Source: Eledone cirrhosa
Lineage: Eukaryota
Reading direction: 5' to 3'
Length of the DNA: 64,000 nucleotides
Assembly: GCA_964016885.1 (NCBI GenBank)
Contig: OZ024749.1
Span: 36,952,001 to 37,016,000, forward strand
Both the position numbers and the translations under genes were made by a program. Shown here one piece after another: positions 58,675 to 64,000 of the stretch. The notes under the pieces were generated by a model. That model was not told the DNA's origin. It saw only the letters and a program-made list of their open reading frames with translations, and did no database searches. The stretch's first letter is position 1, and the number at the start of each line of letters is the position of its first letter.

Positions 58675-58750
<76 letters not shown>

Positions 58751-58930
58751 GTATATATATAGGGAGTGTAACTTGGAGTTACTGTAGGTTATACTGGAGT
58801 TACTGCGGATTATCGAGTCGGGAAAGATCGATACAGATCGAACGTTGAGCTGATCAGTGGCGAAACGCGCGTCACCTACCAATAAATGTAATGAAGGAGT
58901 AACCAATCGTCCTTATCTTTTCAATATATA

Positions 58931-59046
58931 TAACAAAGGAATTGTGGTAAGGAACCAGATGGACCATAATGCACCAGAGTACTCAATACTTAGGGTAGTA
59001 GAGTGGGAAATAGGAAAAAGTATGACCCCGATGGCTGATAATTTTT

Positions 59047-59050
<4 letters not shown>
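58931..59050 (-). mobile_element. Family C tail with very short inversion
   Basis: Matches 47582-47690; ends tttttcctata plus (TA)n. Confidence 0.75.
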
Positions 59051-59098
<48 letters not shown>

Positions 59099-59645
59099 TA
59101 TATATATATATACACACACACAGGCACACACAGGTGCAACGTGGCTGAGTTCTTCAGAAGGTCCCGGCAAGTGTCATTTACCCTAGCCTCGAGTCGCTCC
59201 AAACATTGTGCATGAAATTGGGCAGACGGAAACTCCAGTAAGCCGTCAGGTGGGCTATACCAGTAATTCGTAGGAACAGCCATGTGAGAAAAGGTACTAA
59301 ATTAAGGTATATTTAAGGTGTTACTTTTAGCAGGGTAACGCCATCACATAGAGATCCTCGTTGAATCACGTTAAATTAGTGTTGATGTTAAATATAGATG
59401 TTGTTGTACCAGTAATGCACTGGGGGTAAATTTAATCCCCTTTACTCCTCCCCCAAATTGTTAGCCTGGTGCCTAACTCAGAAACCATTATTGTTATTAA
59501 TTTTGCCTTTCACCCTTCCAGGGTCTATAAAATAAAGTACCAGTTATGCACTGGTGTCCATATAATCGACTCTCCCTTCCTCCAAATTGCTGACCTTGTG
59601 CTAATATTAGAAAGAATTATTATCATTGTTGTTCTTATTATTTTC

Positions 59646-59940
59646 GATTGGCAGCATCGGTAGAGCGTCAGACACCATGCATTGCAACATAGTTATGGCC
59701 CTTTACGTTCTGAATTCAAATCCCATGGAGGTTAACTTTGTCTTTCATCCTTACGGGGTCGATAAAATAAAGTACCAGTAATACACTGGGGTAATTGCTG
59801 GCCTTGCGCCAAAAGTAGAAACAATTTTCTTACCTTTTCTGTCCACTCTAGCCTTAACAACCTACACAAACTTCCATTTTGTATGGCCCTTTGCGTTCCG
59901 AGGCGGATAAATAAAGCACCAGTAATGCACTGGGATAATT
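59646..59940 (+). mobile_element. Composite tRNA-SINE
   Basis: Collinear with 46657-46957. Confidence 0.8.
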
Positions 59941-60373
59941 ATGGCGCTGGAATGTCAGTATAGTTGGAGAAACGGATAATATACACAGCCAGTTATTGGA
60001 GCGGGGTAGGTGATAAGGCGATTGTAACGACCCTAGTGTCTGACTGGTACTTTATGTTACTGATTCCGGGAGAATAAAAGTACCTGTTAAAAACTGGTTC
60101 GATAAAATCGATATATTACTAGCCCCGCCTCAATTATTGGTTGTGTGCTTAAATTTGAAACGTTTATTGTTGTTGTTGTTATAACTTCCTTCATCTATTG
60201 AATGTTTTCCCCTAATATTTCTAGAATGTTCCGCCAATTCTCTCTCAATTTTTCCTTATTGTTTCATCACAATTATTTTCCCTTCTCAGGAAAAAGGATT
60301 CAATTTTAAACTATTTCCGGTTTTGTTTTTGTTGTAAAATTCTGTTTACTTGTTTCTTAGATTTTCTTAGTAT

Positions 60374-60423
<50 letters not shown>

Positions 60424-60543
60424 CATATATATATACATATATGCATATATGTATATGTGTGTGTGTGTGCTATACATGTTTTACATGTTTATCTGTGTGT
60501 GTGTATATATTACTCTTTTACCTGTTTCAGCCATCCGGCTGAG

Positions 60544-60617
<74 letters not shown>

Positions 60618-60684
60618 CATATATATATACATATATGCATATATGTATATGTGTGTGTGTGTGCTATACATGTTTTACATGTTT

Positions 60685-60737
<53 letters not shown>

Positions 60738-61409
60738 ATATATATATATATATATCTGTGTGTGTGTGTGGGCACGTCTGTGTATATAAGTGTGTGAGTG
60801 TGTGTAAGTGTTTATGTTTACGTTTGTGCCTATATATTCCGTAACTACGTATTCAACAAACATATCAGTACTAGGGCTGGTACAATTGATTAAACAAGAG
60901 CACATGAAAACTAAATAGTTTAAAACACGAAAATGTTCAGAAAAAACAAACAACAACAGCAACAACAACTATAAGTAGCGGTAGTAGTAGTATTAGCAAC
61001 AGAAAAAGAAAAAAAAAAGAAGAAGAAGAAGAAGAAGAAGAAGAAGAAGAAGAAGAAGAAGAAGAAGAAGAAAACATGAGGCACACAAAATACTATTGTA
61101 TTATTGTGACATATCGCCTCTTTTTTGTTAGTAACCACCCCAGGACAGGTAGATTTCAACTGTGTCTGAGCAACATGGCTTTTGTCTTTTTTACGCTGTT
61201 TATGACGGTAAAGACATTGACGGTAGCGAATAGGGCAGAAAATACATTTAATCTCTATATATCCGCCATTTTCTTCACGGTTTATTCCTATTGTTTTCTC
61301 CTCTATTTTACGATGTTCGTGTTGTTTACTTTAGTTTTTAAGCTGTTTTTATTTGTCTGTGTTTTTTTATTTGATCTGGTATTAATTCGTTCCTACATTC
61401 ACTCATTCT

Positions 61410-62290
61410 TGTTGTTGTTGTTGTTGTTGTTGTCGTCGTTGTCGCTGTCGCTGTTTTTGTTGTTGTTGTCGTTGTTGTTGTTGTTGGTGTCGTTGTTGTT
61501 GTTGTCGTTGCTGCTGTTGTTATTGTTGTTGTAGTTATTGTCACTGTTGCTGCTGTTGTTGTCGTAGTTATTGTTACAGTTGTCATTGTTGCTATTGTTG
61601 CTATTATTGGTGTTGTTGCTATTGTTGTTTTTGTTGCTGTTATTGTTGTTTTTGTTGTTGTAGCTGCTATTGTTGTTGCTGCTGTTGTTGCTGTTGTTGT
61701 TGTTGTTTTTATTGTTATCGTAGTTTTTGTTGTTATTGTTGTTGTTTTTATTGTTATTGTAGTTTTTGTTGTTATTGTTGTTTTTGTTGTTATTATTGTT
61801 ATTGTTGTTGTTGTTGTTATTGTTGTTGTTATTGTTTTGTGTTATTGTCATTGTCGCTGTTATTGTTGTTGTTGTTATTATTGTTGTTGTTGTTATTGTT
61901 GTCGTTATTGTTGCTGTTGTGTCTATTATTCTATCGGATGATATCTTTCGGCTCTTCCTTCCATTGTTATTGCTGTCGATTTCCCAGTTATCAAAGCGGT
62001 ACCATTTCTATTACCTCAACCAGCACCACCGCTAGCACCAGCACCACCAAGGACACCACCATCCCTACTACCGTTATCACTACTACCAACACCTCCACCA
62101 TCACCACCACCACCACCACCACCACTACCATCACCATCACCAACATCACCTCCACCATCAACATCACTGTCGCCAACATCACCTCCACCATCACCAACAC
62201 CGCCTCCACTATCACCACCATCACCATCACCCTCACCAACATTACCTTCATCACCACCATTGCCATCACGGCCATCACCACCGCCGCCAT
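61410..62290. repeat. TGT/TAT triplet array followed by CCA/TCA array
   Basis: Direct reading. Confidence 0.9.
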
Positions 62291-62294
62291 GAAT

Positions 62295-62760
62295 AATTTA
62301 CCTCATTCTGAGAAATGTTATGAGCATAAGCCAGAGTCTGTGATAGAAAACGATCGGGTGAAGGTGCTGTTGGATTTCAGGATACAAACAGATAAAGAAT
62401 TAGAACACAATAGGCCTGACTTGGTGGTTTGGAAAGGACAAAAGGTCTTGCTTGATTATAAATGTAGCTTAAACCTTTGACATAAGAGTGCAAGAAAAGG
62501 AGGAGAACATTAACTGGTACCAGTATCTAAAATGGGAACTGAAATGGATTTGGGACTGTCACGAGATAAAGGTCGTCCCTATCGTCATAGGAACACTCGA
62601 TACTCGAAGAGTTTCCAGGGCTGGCTAAAAACATTAGCCCTCTCCCTTTATTGGAACACTCCAAAAGGCAATGGGAACAGCTATGACACTCCGATACGTC
62701 CAGAATATCTGAGGCTGCAAGTAGTTGCTTGATGTTCATTAAGGCAAATTCTGCGGTTAA
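62295..62760 (+). mobile_element. Degenerate R4/Dong-like RLE fragment
   Basis: YEHKPESVIENDRVKVLLDFRIQTDKELEHNRPDLVV, with KVVPIVIGTL downstream in another frame. Confidence 0.8.
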
Positions 62761-62799
62761 TATTTAGCCACATCAATGACTGAGATATCAAACTCATAA

Positions 62800-63462
62800 T
62801 AATGGTTTCTTATATAGGCACAAGGCCAGTAATTTGGGGAGAGGGGAAAGTCGATTAAATCGACCCCAGTGCGTGACTGGTACTTTGTTTTATCGACTCC
62901 ATAAGGATGAAAGGCAAAGGTAACCTCGGTGGGATTTGAGCTCAGATCATAAAGAGCCGTAACTCTAGGCTGCAAAGCATGGCGTTCGACCCTCTACCGA
63001 TACTGCCAATCCACCGCCCTTATCAAATTCATAATAATGATTTCTAGTATAGATGGAAGGCCAGTAATTTTGGGGTAGGAGAAAGTCGATTAAATCGACC
63101 GCAGTACATTGCTGGTGCTTTATTTTGTCGACTCAGTAAGGATGAAAGACAAAGTTAACCCTGGCGGGATTTGAACTCAGACCGTAAAAGGATGTAACTC
63201 TATGCTGCAAAGCATGGTGTCCGATTCTCTACCCATACTGCCAATCCACCACCCTTATCAAATTCATAATAATAATAATTGTTTCTACTTTTGGCACAAG
63301 GCCAGAAATTATCCAGTGTATTACTGGTACTTTATTTTATCGACCCCATAAGGATGAAAGGCAAGGTTAACCTCGGCGGGATTTGAACTCAGAATAGCAA
63401 GGGCCGTAACTCTAGGCTGCAAAGCATGGCGTCCAACCCTCTACCGATACTGCTAATCCACA
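62800..63462 (-). mobile_element. Three tandem tRNA-SINE copies
   Basis: Copies ~62805-63020, ~63040-63255, ~63275-63462. Confidence 0.9.
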
Positions 63463-63911
63463 ATAATAATAGATCCCTGATTTATCATCACTGCGAGAAG
63501 TGCAAAAAAGTGTTTGAACTAGTACGACACACGTATGGAGAAGAGCACTATCGCTGTGAAAAAGATAATCATCTATATAATATGTTTACACAACTTTATT
63601 ACATTATATTCCATAACTATGTAAGTTGTACATAATTGAGCGCTCTTATATGATTGAATATCATTCAGTAGTAAATATGATTTTAAACAGACAATTTTCA
63701 CATCTATAAAGCAAATAATATACTTGTAACTGTGTAAAGTGTGTGAGGTGAACAATGTGGTGTGTTTATTTTGTGGCTTATCAATGTATGCATTGAGTTT
63801 CTCTGCCCCAGGTGTCGGGAAGACACTCGGCAAGAAATGGGAACAAAACTGAAGGAAGAGGAAAAGACAAACACTACTACTACTACTACTACTACTACTT
63901 TACTAATATTA

Positions 63912-64000
63912 ATAATTGTTTTTACTTTAGGCACAAGGCCAGCAATTACCCAGTACATTACTGGTACTTTGTTTTATCGACCCCATAAGGATGAAAGGCA
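63912..64000 (-). mobile_element. tRNA-SINE 3' part (cut by window end)
   Basis: Family 3' end and core. Confidence 0.85.

Noticed and set aside
63470-63626. Possible exon with CxxC followed by a gtaagt donor
   Set aside because: Weak acceptor, C2H2 spacing not met, and the ORF begins inside a SINE.

Overview
This is eukaryotic, gene-poor, extremely microsatellite-rich DNA whose SINE repertoire and repeat load resemble an octopod cephalopod (inferred, not proven). Almost all listed ORFs are artefacts of (TA)n, (CA)n, (TATG)n and triplet repeats. Recognisable content: a 5'-truncated RTE-clade LINE with C2H2 fingers and its non-autonomous bipartite derivatives, two R4/Dong-like restriction-like-endonuclease LINE fragments, two RTE-X-like 3' ends, more than 20 tRNA-derived SINE copies (several with TSDs), a small Tc1/mariner-type MITE, and one possible host terminal exon. 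The main discovery is a dense set of short (150-650 bp) non-coding elements of at least 8 distinct sequence families, mostly embedded in (TA)n tracts. They carry type I hammerhead ribozyme (HHR) folds (about 15 near-intact by manual folding, including U3-A8 and U4A core variants and palindromic minimal helix III). They are typically built as head-to-head fold-backs whose short arm stops at a family-fixed internal TAT site. This most resembles Penelope-like-element pseudo-LTRs or retrozyme-like non-autonomous elements targeting (TA)n. All folds and coordinates were determined by eye and may be off by a few nt.
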